From NCBI GenBank assembly GCA_951406725.2, contig OX597833.1, positions 26,970,001-27,034,000 on the forward strand: 64,000 nt of DNA, given 5' to 3'. Below are positions 50,639 to 63,890 of this stretch, in pieces; the stretch's first letter is position 1, and each line of letters starts with the position of its first letter. Source of the DNA: Octopus vulgaris. Taxonomy: Eukaryota. Below the pieces are notes generated by a model. The model did not search any database. It was not told where the DNA came from and was given only the letters and a program-made list of their open reading frames with translations. A program made the translations under genes and the position numbers.

Positions 50639-52369
50639 ATGTTATGTTGGAATTTAAAGGGGCAGAGTCTCTGCTCATGGGTGACAGGGCCTTATTTAGC
50701 AGCTTATTGTTATGGGAGGCAATTATCTGTGAAAGATTTTTAGTATTTGAGAAAGCTATCCTTACTTTGTGCGAATTTATAGTGGAGTAATATCTCGAAT
50801 TTCTGGGAAAATTTCTGGCAATGGCTTGGCGAAACTGCAACGGTAGGTTAGATCTGATTTGTTTACCAAAGGGAATCACAAACCAGATATAGTTTTTCCT
50901 GTTCTTGTACTAGCTCGGAGAGTCAACTCTTACATTAAGGGGGGCATCTCTGGGTTGAATAATGGGTTTTGGCCTACGATGGTCTCCCTTGGACCGCAAA
51001 TTATTTATGTTAGCTATATTTGTGTTAGCTGTACTTGTGTCGACATTACTAAAGCTACCATCACTATTTATATTATTTATATTATTGTAAGTTGACTTAT
51101 CCTGATGAGAAAATTCTGGTTTCGGAAGAGCCGGGTCTATATATGTTACCTTTTCCCTATAACCGGCTTTTGACAGGGTGGCATTATAGAATTCCGCTTT
51201 ATGCTTAAAAATGTCGACGTTGGCAGATAAATTTGATAATCTTAGAGAAATATTTTTAACTAAATTATCTGTGATAGTTTTTGCGTGGTTAGAGAAAACA
51301 CTGACATATTTTAGGTTTGTGGAAGGTTTATGGTAGGGGCAGTAAGAATTGCTATGCAGATTTAGTGTAACATCTAAGAAATTGGCCTTAGTAAGTTCGT
51401 TATCGAAAACTATGCTCATGCCCATCCTACTAAAGAACCTAGCTAATCTATTTTTAGTTTTCTGTATCATTCTATTCGGGGTATTCTGTAGGTAAAACAG
51501 ACAATCGTCACGATATAGACCGCCGCCGATGTCCGGGAATTGGTCGGCTAATTCATAGAGAATATAGATACCGACCAAATCGGCTATCTGGGCGCTATCT
51601 GAGCTTCCAATTGGCACATCGTACTCGTTGGGAGTATCCTTACGGACCCATAACTTATCTTCAAACTGTATAAAGGATTTTCTGGCGACTAGAATTATAT
51701 CAATTTCTTCTCTTGTGAGGCCAGCCTTATTATGCGCATGCCATAGGGCCTTATTGAGTACACTAGGGTTAATCGAGGGGTAGAAATTAGCAATATCGAA
51801 CTGAATGAATTTAGTTCTGTTTTTATTAGAAATAGAAGAGAACCAATTTACAACTTGCGAGGAGCTCGCCCAAAAGTTAAGCTTAAGCTTATTAACTAAT
51901 CTAGGTATGTATTTGTCTAAAGTGTACTTACTGATGGAACCGATGTCGGAACTAGAAGGGCATATGAGCCTTAATGCTGGATTGGTGTGAAAATTTGGTT
52001 TGTGGTCCTTAACGATGTTTTATCAGATTGGACCAGGATTCCGTCTGAGCTGTTAATATCCTTAGTAATTTTCCCGAGGTAACTAAGGTGTTCATTCCTA
52101 CGGGGCGACTTCCTGAATTTAATGCTCCTTACAATGTCCCATAAGTCGTCCTCAAATTTCTTCAGTCTGGGATTAGGTGGTGGTGTCTCCCTCGACTTGA
52201 AAAGCTTCTTATATTCGGATGATGTTACGGACCCGTTCTGTTTTAAATCCTCGTTATCATGAAAGAAAGCGAGCCATCTAATTCGGTTGATGAATGCATT
52301 TGTTTTGCAGACAATTTCCTTAAGGAAGGTTTCCCGTTGGTGGTATAGGAATGTCCTTAAGGGACGCGT
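49923..52369 (-). pseudogene. PLE polyprotein: reverse transcriptase + GIY-YIG endonuclease, disrupted
   Basis: SLKDIPIP, FINRIRWLAFF, SDKT, KDHKPNF..PALRLICP, FDIANFYPSI, IGSSDSAQIADLVG, GLYRDD, NFLDVTLNL, PYHKP, AIYQC..YIGAT, CALC, CPH; two frameshifts, a deletion near 52018, TAG at 50910. Confidence 0.92.
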
Positions 52370-52948
52370 TACCAATGAAGTCTAATATAGATAACCCCTG
52401 GATTTCCTAAAAAAATTTGAAAGGTGATACCTCATCCCTGTTAATATAAAAGACTTTCTCATAGTTGCCAAGAACTACTACCTATCCCAACAGTAACCTT
52501 GTATCTTGTCATTGCTATTGTGGCCGCCCTCTCCCTATTAGGTTGTCACATTCAAGCACACAGACACAGTCTTTTCAGTTCTTAACCGTTAATTCTTGCT
52601 ATCTCTCTCTCTCTGCATTCCACACACACTTTCACGCATTCAAAGACGCACACACACATACATTAAGGCAATTTTACACACTCATACATTCGAGCACTCA
52701 TTCATAAAATACATCAAAAATAAACACCAGTCATACAGAATACATTCACACTCTTTAATTTTCCTATACCTTCCTTCTACTACCTTGATGCTGCCCTTGA
52801 ACTATGTCAACGGACAATTTCTTCTACTTTCATCCAATCTGGCGTCAACCCCTATAAATAGACATTTTTTATCATTATTTTTATGGGCTCCTCGTGAGCA
52901 GTCGTCGAGAATCTTGTTGTGCATTTTGTTGGAGAATTAAGTTCCTGG

Positions 52949-53034
52949 ATTTTCCTGAAGAGAAAGCTGCATAATGGACTCCTTATTCACTCGGAATTAG
53001 GGACTTTGCAGACTTCGAAACATATGTCGAAAAT
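52949..53034 (+). ncRNA. Type I hammerhead ribozyme in inverted 5' pLTR
   Basis: ATTTTC CTGAAGA G...(55-nt stem II)...C GAAA CATATG TC GAAAAT; perfect core, GUC site, stem I extendable (TTCCT/AGGAA). Confidence 0.85.
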
Positions 53035-53266
53035 AAAATAAAGGAATTTTGTTAAATCTTCGTTTAGCTCCATTCTTTCCTATACTTAATATATAAAACT
53101 TCAAATTTCCGCACTAAGGCACGGTTTTTATGCCCTATGGTCGTAACTTCAACCGTGCCTTTTCTGTTGTGAGTTTGCTACCCAGGTATCGGTTATCTTT
53201 CGAATTATCCGTAATAAGATAATTCATTTGTCTACTTAAATATATATATATATATATATATAATAT

Positions 53267-53298
<32 letters not shown>

Positions 53299-54533
53299 GT
53301 ATATATGTGCGTGCGTGTGCGTGCGCGTGTGTGTGTGTCCGGAGTATGTTCTGTGGTTTACAGGTTTGTGGTTTCAGGCTAATAACACGATTGTTTATTC
53401 TCGTATGTTTGCATTCTATCCTTTCAGCTAGTTTGCGTTTAGGTACAACACTGGCATTTACAATGCAGTATATTACAACACACGACACAAGAAAAAACAA
53501 GCTGGATAAGGACTGGTTAATAACACAAATGTCCCCTGCATAGTGTCATGAAGCATTAATATATTAAAAATGGAAGTTTTATCAATCGGAAAATACAAAG
53601 AAAATATTGAAACACATGCCGTAGTTAGAAACACACTCGAAATAATTAATAATTTCTTAATATAAATTAGGGTTAACAGATAATATTTTCACTTAACGAT
53701 GACGATATGGTCTCTATCAACATTATTTCCATAATAAATTTTGTCTGTTTTAAAAAGCGTACTGTATCAGGAATAGGAGACGGCATCTACAGCGTCCCAG
53801 GTTTTCTAAAACCAGTGAGGATGATGTCAATGTTCTCCTTGAACCATTGGAAGTCATCACACACAAGAAAGACATGAGCAAGAAGAATACTTTCAGAGGT
53901 CCGACTTTTGGGGATGGAAGCACTGAGTGTAGGGGTTACTATAAAACCTGAGAGATATTAAACACAGGAAAAAATTACAAAAGAAGGACGAGACAGCTAG
54001 GATGAGAAATATTCTGTGCAAGTTGTATATACCCAGCCACCCCCAAGGAGCAGTTGTTTTAGTAACGACAGAAAAGACAGAGACATGGGACAATATGCCT
54101 ATACACCAGAGGCTGGAACGTGTTTGTGACTGACTTCTTGCAAGTCAGATGATCAGACTGGATGCATTCTAGGATATCTGTTTGCAGCAGGTGCACTACA
54201 CCAGATCTGAGAGTAATAATTCATTGCTAGCCTCGCCTGACATTTGTAGAATATAGAGAGTCAAAAGATATTTCTTGTTGGGCAAGAAATATCCTTTGAC
54301 TCTCAAGATCAGGGTCAGCCACTGGGATGCTATATGGGCTGAGGTAAGGATGTACTTTCTGCAGGAAGTATATGAAAGTAACATTAATTTTGTTTTGGTC
54401 CTTCTCAACTAATCAATAAACAGATTGAGTAAACCTATCGGTAAGGTGCCTATAATGACTCCTGGAAACAGCTGTAAGCCAAATTTGCTGTAATAAAAGA
54501 AAATATGTAATGACCATTATTTAGAACTTGTCT

Positions 54534-54688
<155 letters not shown>

Positions 54689-55567
54689 CACCATTGTGTC
54701 CATTTCTCTCTATACGTCACTTTCAAGTCAATGTAAGAGACCCAAGTATTCGGTCTACTTGAAATAAGAAGCAGTCAAATCTGCCTCAAATCATATCTCA
54801 CTGTCATTATAAAAGGAGAAAGAGACTCATTGAAAAGTGCATAATCCTTGACACTTCTAAACGGCTACGATGATTATGGCCCAAATGGCTTTGATATTTG
54901 GTATGATTGATCACGGTTGACTTCTTAATTAAACGCAACAACTTGTTGAATTTCTATTCCCAGTTTCTCTTTTTCTATCTCCTCTCTTTCCCTTTTCTAT
55001 AATCATTTGCTTGCACGCGTGAGAATATTTGTATGTTTACGTTCGATAGAAGTAAAGCATGCTTGTGTATAAGAGAGTGTATCTGTGTGTATGTGTACGC
55101 CATTTGTTTGTCATTCGTTCCCTTTTTTCCGGTTTAGTCTTTCTTTTCGTCCCTTCCTCTCTCTTCCTCATTTTGCTTCTCCCTTTATATGAAAAATTGT
55201 TGTATTGAAACGAAAATATTCAAGATTAAAATATTGAATAAAGCAGACGGCGACATAGAATAGAGATAAAAGTGAATAACATCATTGGAGACGATCCACC
55301 GAACCGGAAATACAACACAATTTGATCAAATGTCTTCATTAATTTGCAAATATTTTTGCCTTCAACCTCAAAACTGATTCATTTTTGTAACTTCTCAGAT
55401 GATTTCCGATTTACAACAAACTCTACTGAATATTTTAATATATACCTAAAGGAAACATTGTTCCTCGTCATCTTTAAATTTACTTTTACAAAGCATATCC
55501 GCTTTTTTGTGGAGACGGTTTCAATAATGCAGCAATGATGTCTCCAAAGAATGAAATATTTTAATTT

Positions 55568-55616
<49 letters not shown>

Positions 55617-56654
55617 TTCTCTTCAATTCTCCCTCTTTCTCTCTCTTCCCTTTTCTCTTCTCGCAGTTTTCTCTCTCAATGTTGTCATCTCCAGATAGAC
55701 ATTGAAGCATAGATACACCTTATACATTTTGATCATTTTTATTGTTTATGTACAGTAAATATATTATAAGCTTATTATATAATATACAATATCTATATTG
55801 TATTTCTAAGTGATGCAGCTAAAAGAAAATTACATAATTTACTACTTCTATTTCGAACAGTTAACTTCCCCCACCTGTCATTGTTGTCGATATTCTTATT
55901 AATGATGTACATTTTGAGTCTTTTTTATGCATATATAATTGAAACGAGATATATTTTCTCGAATCACTCAGTTAGTTTTTGACACAACACCGGATTTTAT
56001 ATTGGCAAAGATAAACACAAATATACACACCTGCGTGTCTATCTATATATTTCCAACTGTATTTCTCTACCTGCTTACCTACATAGCTATCTAATTGCAG
56101 GGACTGGGATTATAAAATTCTGTTTAAGTTTTCCTTCTCTCATGCCTATGTAAAAATTCTGATTTGCTATAAGATTATGTTCCACAGAGATGTCTTCTAC
56201 TTCATGTTTCATGTATTGTTGTTTCTATGCTGCAATATTTTCCCACTGAGCTTTAATAATGTTCCTGCATTAGAATGTTCGTCAGTGAGAAACATTGGTT
56301 AGTGTATGTGATATTTGCTTCTTTTATGTTTATGATGCATCTATGAGTAATTTCAAGGTTGTGTCTGTTAAAACGTTCTCTCTGTGAATGATAAGGAGGG
56401 ATTATTTGTGTATAAGAGTTAGGATGTCTCTTGCAATATAAAATGTTACATTAAGTGAAGACTGAGAAGTTAACCACATGACATTATGACGTCACTCTAT
56501 CATATGTAGAACCGAGAAGTGAGGTATATTAGTAATGTTCTCTTTGAATTTACCAGTTTGTAAGTTATATTACTTTTACAACGATTTTTCATTCTAAGAA
56601 AGATTGGAAATCTTTCTCTCAATATTAAAGATGACGCTGTAAGCAGTTCATTTT

Positions 56655-56750
56655 TAAGGCGGTGAGCTAGCACAATCGTTAGCACTCTGGGCAAAATACT
56701 TAGCGGCACTTCGTCAGTCTTTAAGTCCTGAATTCAAATTCTGCCGAGTC
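56655..56750 (+). mobile_element. SINE family C head
   Basis: AAGGCGGTGAGCTAGCACAATCGTTAGC...GAATTCAAATTCTGCCGAG. Confidence 0.7.
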
Positions 56751-57122
56751 TCAAAATTTCAGTAATTCACAATATACAACACATACATGTATATGTAAAC
56801 AGAGATAAAAAAAAAAGATATCCGCACGCTGAAACTAGGTAGATAGTAATAATTATTAGAAACTAAAATTCCACATGCTAGCAACTCTGAATCACACGCT
56901 ATCGCTGTATATTACTTGACCTGGAATTCTGAGTAAGACCTAACAAGTTTAATCTGAATATAAGAGATCATTCTGATGGCATATGGTTAACAACCGTGTT
57001 GGTGAACAATGAAAAACCCTCACTTTCGCAACTCTTGGTGTTCAATTTTCCAATTTCCACAATAAATCGTTACTCTATATTTGATATATTTCATAGATGT
57101 AGGACGATGCAATACACTCTAA

Positions 57123-57155
<33 letters not shown>

Positions 57156-58012
57156 AATTCACCTTTTTTTAATAGTATCTCGAAGCACATACCTGCTGTA
57201 AATAATAGCAGATTAATAATGGGCTAAGGAAGGGATTTTCAACCTAATATTTGCATGCTATTATTCATATCATTTATGACCTTCGAGATACAATTCCAAA
57301 AATAGAAAAAAATGGAAAAGGAATTATCTTACGTTTTCTCGGAAATCTATGACGTCATCAACATACAATTCTCGCTGTTAATAATAAAGTCCCTAAAATG
57401 GATAGAGAAATCGAAAGATTGTTTTGGTCCAATAGTAGAATGTGTGTCATGTCTGCAGGTGACGTGAGTTCGAGTCACACGGGCAGCCTTCGATTTTTTT
57501 CTCTCCAAAAGGATTTCTCACACCGATATTTACATGCTATCATTTATCGTATTTATGAGCTTCGGGATATAATTCGCCCACCCGAAAAAAAAAAAAGAAA
57601 TTATTTCACGTTCACCCGAAAATTGATAAATTCTTATGTCAACAATATGTGTGTGTGTGTTTGTGTGTGCGCTTGTGTGTATGCATGTATGTATCGTTTT
57701 ATTTGTGTTGTTCTATACACATTTCGACGCTTATAAAAGCAAATGTCTGCTTATATTTATACACGTAGTTGTACATTAACTATTTGCCGTCCAAAATTGC
57801 GGTGAAATTTGTCGGAGGATAGTTTAGCTTAATGGTAAAGCACTCAACCAAGACTTTGCAGGATATAGATTCGAGTCCCATTGCTGGTTGTTGACAAATT
57901 CTTTCCGCTTTCTAACAGTAAATTACCCGATGATTCTACAGTTATAACGGCAATTCTGAGTTCGATCCAATATCTTATGTGTCGTTCTATACACATTTCG
58001 ACGATTATAAAA

Positions 58013-58071
<59 letters not shown>

Positions 58072-58309
58072 TAGATATACATATATATACATATATATAC
58101 ATATATATATACACACATATATATATATATGTATACATATATATGTATGTATATATACATATATATTTTTTATTTATATATACATATATATATATACGTA
58201 TGTATCTAAGTGAATGTATATGTGTGTCTGTGGCAATGTTTTTTTTAGTGTAACAATTACATAGTGGTTGGATAATTACAGACATCGAATTGACTGTACG
58301 ATATAATCA

Positions 58310-58354
<45 letters not shown>

Positions 58355-58852
58355 CATCATCATCATCATCATCATCATCATCGTCATCATAATCATCATC
58401 ATAATTATTCTAATCAGCAATGTTTTTAATTAGGGATCAAAGTATTTCGATCTACCACGATGACGTTTAATATAAACGTTATATATCTTTATAAACGTTA
58501 TATATATTTAAATGTATTTTTGTCATTCAATCATATAAATAAAGCGCGTTTTTAATTGCAACAGGGACTCGAAAAGACGATATCATTTTAGTTCCAGCGG
58601 AAGATCTAAGATAAAATCCTTTGCCAAACATTGGCAACAGAGAAACATATTACAGACAGAGAGTGAAGGTGGAGGGGCGAAAGTTGACCTATATCGCCTC
58701 TTCTTGAAATGCCATTATAGAAAATAATTTTGTTCTGTTTTATTTTTTTCTTTCAGTATTTAATATTCCATCTCCTGCAGACGTTTAAAACTAAATATAT
58801 TTGTGTATGTCTATGTGCATATGCATATTGCTGCGTGCATGAATGTGTTTGC

Positions 58853-58906
<54 letters not shown>

Positions 58907-59084
58907 GTGCGTGTGTGTGTGTGCGCGCGCGTATGTGTGCATATATATGTGTGATTGATAAAACTATTTTCTCAAAACGGATCTTTTAGGTTTTCTAAAA
59001 CAGATTCAAGTGGAATACTAGAGCGGTAAGCTAGTTTATGTGCCTTTGTATGTAAGTATATGTAATGATATTACTTATATTTGT

Positions 59085-59500
59085 GTCAAATCATGGCACA
59101 ACGCCAGCAAATTCACGGGCTGGGATAAGACGATTACGTCGACCCCAGTGTTCAACAGGTACTTATTTTAGCGAAAGGGATGAAAGTCAAATTCGAAACT
59201 AGCAGCGTTTAAACTTAGATTGTAGTGCCGGAAGAAATGCAACAAACCATTTTTACCGGCGTGGTACCGATTCTGCCAGATCTCCGCCCTTATATTACAT
59301 CAATATTAAGTTTAAAATTTGGGGTGGTGAGCTGGCAGATTCGCTAGCACGCTGAACAAAATGCTTAGCAGCACTTCGTACGTCTTTGCGCTCTGAGTTC
59401 AAATTCCGCCGATGTTGACTTTGCCTTTCATCGTTTCAAAGTAAAATAAGAAGCAGTCGAGCACTTACCCACTTCTCTAAAACTGCTTACCCACTTCCCT
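59085..59500. mobile_element. Two family C SINEs head-to-head (59085-59292 minus, 59322-59500 plus)
   Basis: ...GATTCTGCCAGATCTCCGCCCTT and GGGGTGGTGAGCTGGCAGATTC... Confidence 0.7.
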
Positions 59501-60149
59501 AAAACCAAAAAGTCAAATCTTACTCATATCCATAACAACATAGTCTTTCCAAGACTCGGCTTACTTTCGCATATTCAGCTATTAGTCTCTTGTCTCCTAC
59601 GGGCATTTTTTTGTATCAGCAAAATCCTACACAGTCGAGTCATTCAACGAGTGCATTTAGTCATTTCCAATGACCTGTCTTACATCTTCAGTTCACTGAA
59701 TTTGATCTGAGTCAAAGAGGATGCCTCTTTACGATGCAGTTACCCATATTTTCGCAACAAAGGAGCCATTAAATTCAAATAAATTTTTGTATGGACCCAG
59801 ATTTTTGAAATGTCGGTCTAGTCAATCAATTGAGTTTATTCACAAATTTTCTCAAATCATCGAAAGATATGTCTGAATAATAATATGTAACCGTGTAATT
59901 ATACGTTTTGTACTGCAGCCTTTTAACATTCTAGTCACAGCTCACGGGTTTCATTACTAAACACAACTCTCTGATCTTCAATAGTATAATTGTGGACCTC
60001 GAGCATCACTGATTTCTTGATTAGGAACCGCGATTCTAATGTCTTAAATAAGAAAGAGGACATAGTACATCCAACACAATCTAATCCACGATATGCATAC
60101 TGTAAACAAAAATCGAAAGATCGCAAGCAATACTTGAAAAAGAGTGAAC

Positions 60150-60962
60150 GTCAGTAAGAGTGTGCAAGTGTCAGCTGGGTGACATATCAAGCCTACCACC
60201 GAAGAGCTCAGAATGCAAAAAGCCACGTCTGCTTTTCAACCAAGGAGAGCCCGCGGAATTCCACAAATCGAACTAGCACTGAGCTCGCGATCCCTCAAAC
60301 CACTATCTGGCGTATGCCAAGAAGACGTCTACATTTGAAACCATACAGACGACGCCTCGTTCCGGCACTTACCAATGACGACAAGAGGAAGCGGATAGAA
60401 TTTTGTGACTTGATGCTGGAGATGATGGAAGATGAAACCTTCATTTCACGTTTAATTTTTAGTGATGAAGCGACTTTTCACTTTAGAGGCACAGTCACTC
60501 GTCACAATGTGCATATTTGGGGAACAGAGTACCCACATGAAACAATTGGGCATGAAAGAGATTACCCCTAAGGTGAACGTCTTCTGTGCTGTGTCTCAGG
60601 ACAAGGTTTATGATCCCTTTTTTCTTTGTAGGTAACACCGTTACAGGACAAACTTATCTCGATATGCTCCAAAACGGGCCCTTCACTTGACTGTAAGCAG
60701 ATTCCACCGCTACCAATTCACCTCGATTACCTTAAACATCGAATAACAACAGCGATCAACTCAGTGGATCATGATATGCTGATACGCGTCTGGAAAGAAT
60801 TCTCTTATCGCATTGATGTCTCCCGTGCTGCAGGGAGTGGCCACATTGAACACTTATAAGACAGGAAATAAAAGGTGATAGTGAGTAAACACTTGTGACT
60901 ATTGCTTTTACTTATTAAAATATTGCGTAATGAAATTGGTTCAGTCTTTTTGAATAACCCTG
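60150..60962 (+). mobile_element. Tc1/mariner (DD37D/maT-like) transposon relic with right TIR
   Basis: ORF 60179-60571 LHLKPY...RIEFC...IFSDEATFH..GTVTRHNVHIWG, then KVNVFCAVS; ends GTCTTTTTGAATAACCCTG|TA. Confidence 0.85.
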
Positions 60963-62045
60963 TATAATCATACACACCTACGCATAAGATTATATGCACG
61001 TCTGTATACACATATGCAAACATCTACATATGCCTACTTACCCCCATACACAAATATATTTACACACCCACACACACACCTATCTATACACGCCTACATA
61101 CATCTATATGTACGCGCCAACTTACATAGCTGCTATTCAAATAAAATTACAATGCTTCTACTACTACCTGCAATAACTAAGCATACACCTAATTATGGCG
61201 CTACTGCTAGAAATGCCAGTCAAATCTCTCACAAATCACGCACATCTGTTTCAAAGAAGGGGAAAGGAACATTTGAGAATGTTGGCGAAATACACTACCA
61301 TAAAAAATAGATGGGATAGTCACGGTTTGTAGTCTTTTAATCAGAGACCTGCTGAAATAGCAACCAAATCTTCCTCAATTGTTCTTTACTCATTAAAAAA
61401 TGAAGTTACATTGGATAATCTCGTCCCCGATATACTTTGAAATATAAATAGTTGGGAGGGTCATGGACGTACCATCTTTGATCATAAGTGTTCCTGATGA
61501 GAGATAATTTGGGGTCAAATACTAACAACAATATGAAAATTTTCCAGCGGGCATTGGATCTGCTAGATACAGTAGCTAAACCTTTCTCTCATTACACCGC
61601 ACCGTCCTAAAAGAGAGTACGCTGGACTTAAGACATTGAAGGGATAGTCATGAATAGAATGCCTTTGATAATAATTCTGTTCAACCAGAAAACTAAATGT
61701 CATAAGTATTTCACCAGCATTTCACCTTTATTAATCCGATGATCGTCCTTAACGCCACCAACACTACTACGTGTTCCACTATGCTACCACTGACGCCGCC
61801 ATCACCCCAACATCACCGCCAACACCACTTCATCACACCATTAAGCAAAAGCCAACGAACATCGCCGAATTCACTACGTCACCGTACGCTAATACACTAT
61901 AGTCATCAATTCTACACTACCGCCAGTACTACTACATTGCCAACTACTCTCATACACAATCACCCATAGCAATGCACCATTAATGCACCACCTCCTACAA
62001 CATAATCCACTACTAATCTTATCGTTCATGTTTACCACCGCCACA

Positions 62046-62298
62046 AGGTAAAAGTAAAGGTTACCATCTCGAGTCCCACCGACTTACAAAGGTCGTTTTC
62101 CCGGTTTCCATGGCGCGTGTATATTCTTCACCTGGACGGGACGCGGGTCCGTCGCAGGATTACTCGTTTTTGCCAGCTGAGTGGACTGAAAGGAAATGTC
62201 TTGCTCAAGAACACAACGCGTCGCTCGGTCCAGGAATCAAACCAACAATCTTACGATTATGAGTGCAACACCCTCTAACCACTAAGTCACGAGCTTCC
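62046..62298 (-). mobile_element. SINE, family B-type head with a different tail
   Basis: CTTGCTCAAGAACACAACGCG...CTAACCACTAAGTCACG. Confidence 0.7.
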
Positions 62299-63189
62299 AC
62301 ACCACTGCCACTACACTGCTGTCACACCACTACCACCACAACATTACCTCCACGAGAGTACCACGTCTCTACGCCATTACCACCATAAAAGCCAGTTTTC
62401 ATCTCTTACACCTTTGTCACTACCACTACTAACCCTGCCGTTACGCCGCCACCATTTTCCCATATATGTCATTTCTTTCTCGTACAACTGTCTTCACAAA
62501 TCAATTGTCATACCTGTAATTCTGTCAAATATCTACTATATCACTACTATTATTACTATTTTTTTTTCAGTTTACCACCACCATTATAACACAACCACCA
62601 CTGCTAATACAGCCATCTTCCATCATCGATATTCGATTAGAACAACAAAGAATTACATTAATCCTATAACAAACAATTATATTCATTTTCGTTGTAGCAA
62701 TAAATTTGATACCGACAATGAAAATATGTTAAATGTCTTTTTACGGTTGTTTTAATTTCTTACCTAACGTAAATTGTCCATATGTATGTGTGTATGTGTG
62801 TGTGTGAGTGTGCGTGCGTGTATAAGTGTGCGTGTATGTGTGCGTGTATATGTGCGTGCGTGTGTGTATGTGCGTGTGAGAGAGAAGGGGGAGAGAGCGT
62901 GTTTACATATATTTGCGCTGTTACAAATAGTGTGGATGGAGGTAAAAGCTTCTCTTTCAGGTTAATACTCTGACCCATTAGTCTTGAATGTATCAGCCTC
63001 ACAAGGCATAATACTTGAGCCTCTCTAGTTCTAAGTCTTCGTGAATCTCCTCGTTCTATGCAAACAAGCTGCACCTCTAAGCTAAGGACTCCACAATCTT
63101 TGCACCAGTAAGATCGACAAGAAAAATCAATGTAGCTGTTGCTAGCTTAAATAAAGAGCTTGTGTGGATCTATGCAGCAAATTGGAAAA

Positions 63190-63470
63190 TAACATGAGAG
63201 CTTTCAATAAAAAGGTCAACAAAACTTGCAAATATATTTTGGAAATTGCTGGCTACCTGTAAACAAGCAGCGAAAGATCTTGGGAATACGCATAGACAGC
63301 AGAGTAGACAGAGAAGAGATCTCCGCTATACGTAACAGAGATGACCAGAGGCAAGGGATACTATGAAACATGGCAGTCAAGTTGAAATAGAAGCTGTTCG
63401 GACAAATGACACACAAATAAACCAACCAACAGTAGACGAAAATATGGCTCTTAAGTTTATTGAAATTCAT
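63190..63470 (+). pseudogene. RTE-clade LINE RT C-terminal relic
   Basis: Manual translation RKILGIRIDSRVDREEISAIR...KLK*KLFGQM resembles RTE RKILGIxWxDRVxNEEI...RLRWFGHV. Confidence 0.5.
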
Positions 63471-63479
63471 TGAACTGAA

Positions 63480-63635
63480 GCAGCGGTGTGGTAAGTAGCC
63501 TACTTACCAACCACATGGTTCAGGGTTCAGTCCCATTGCGTAGTAACTTGGGTGTCTTCTACTATAACCTCGGGCCGGCCAAAGCCTTGTGAGTGGATAT
63601 GGTAAACGAAAACTGAAAGAAGTTGGTCATATATA

Positions 63636-63683
<48 letters not shown>

Positions 63684-63890
63684 CGCGCGTGTGTCTTTGT
63701 GTGTCTCCCCAACATCGCTTGACAACCGATGTTGGTGTGTTTACGTCCCCCTAACTTAGAGGTTCGGCAAACAGACCTATAGAATAAGTACCAGGCTTAC
63801 AAAGAATAAGTTCTGGAATCGATTTGTTCGACTAAAGGCGTTGCTCCTGCATGGCCGCAGTCAAATGACTGAAACATTTAAATGAATAAA
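63480..63890 (+). mobile_element. SINE family A, near full length
   Basis: GTGTGGTAAGTAGCCTACTTACCAACCACATGGTTCAGGGTTCAGTCCC...GCCGCAGTCAAATGACTGAAACA. Confidence 0.9.

Larger units (their letters stand above)
49191..53240 (-). mobile_element. Near full-length Penelope-like retroelement, Naiad clade, with inverted pseudo-LTRs
   Basis: RT+EN reading frame between ~710-bp inverted arms (49191-49901 / 52370-53094); TA-rich microsatellite flanks; right boundary tentative. Confidence 0.9.

Noticed and set aside
49577-52940. Similar short ORFs 49577-49765 and 52465-52707/52596-52940
   Set aside because: Lie in the inverted pLTRs; frames differ between arms, no motifs
53740-54420. Complex sequence resembling a decayed LINE endonuclease
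   Set aside because: No diagnostic motif recovered
57817-57885. tRNA gene candidate
   Set aside because: A/B boxes present but acceptor and anticodon stems do not pair; treated as a SINE head
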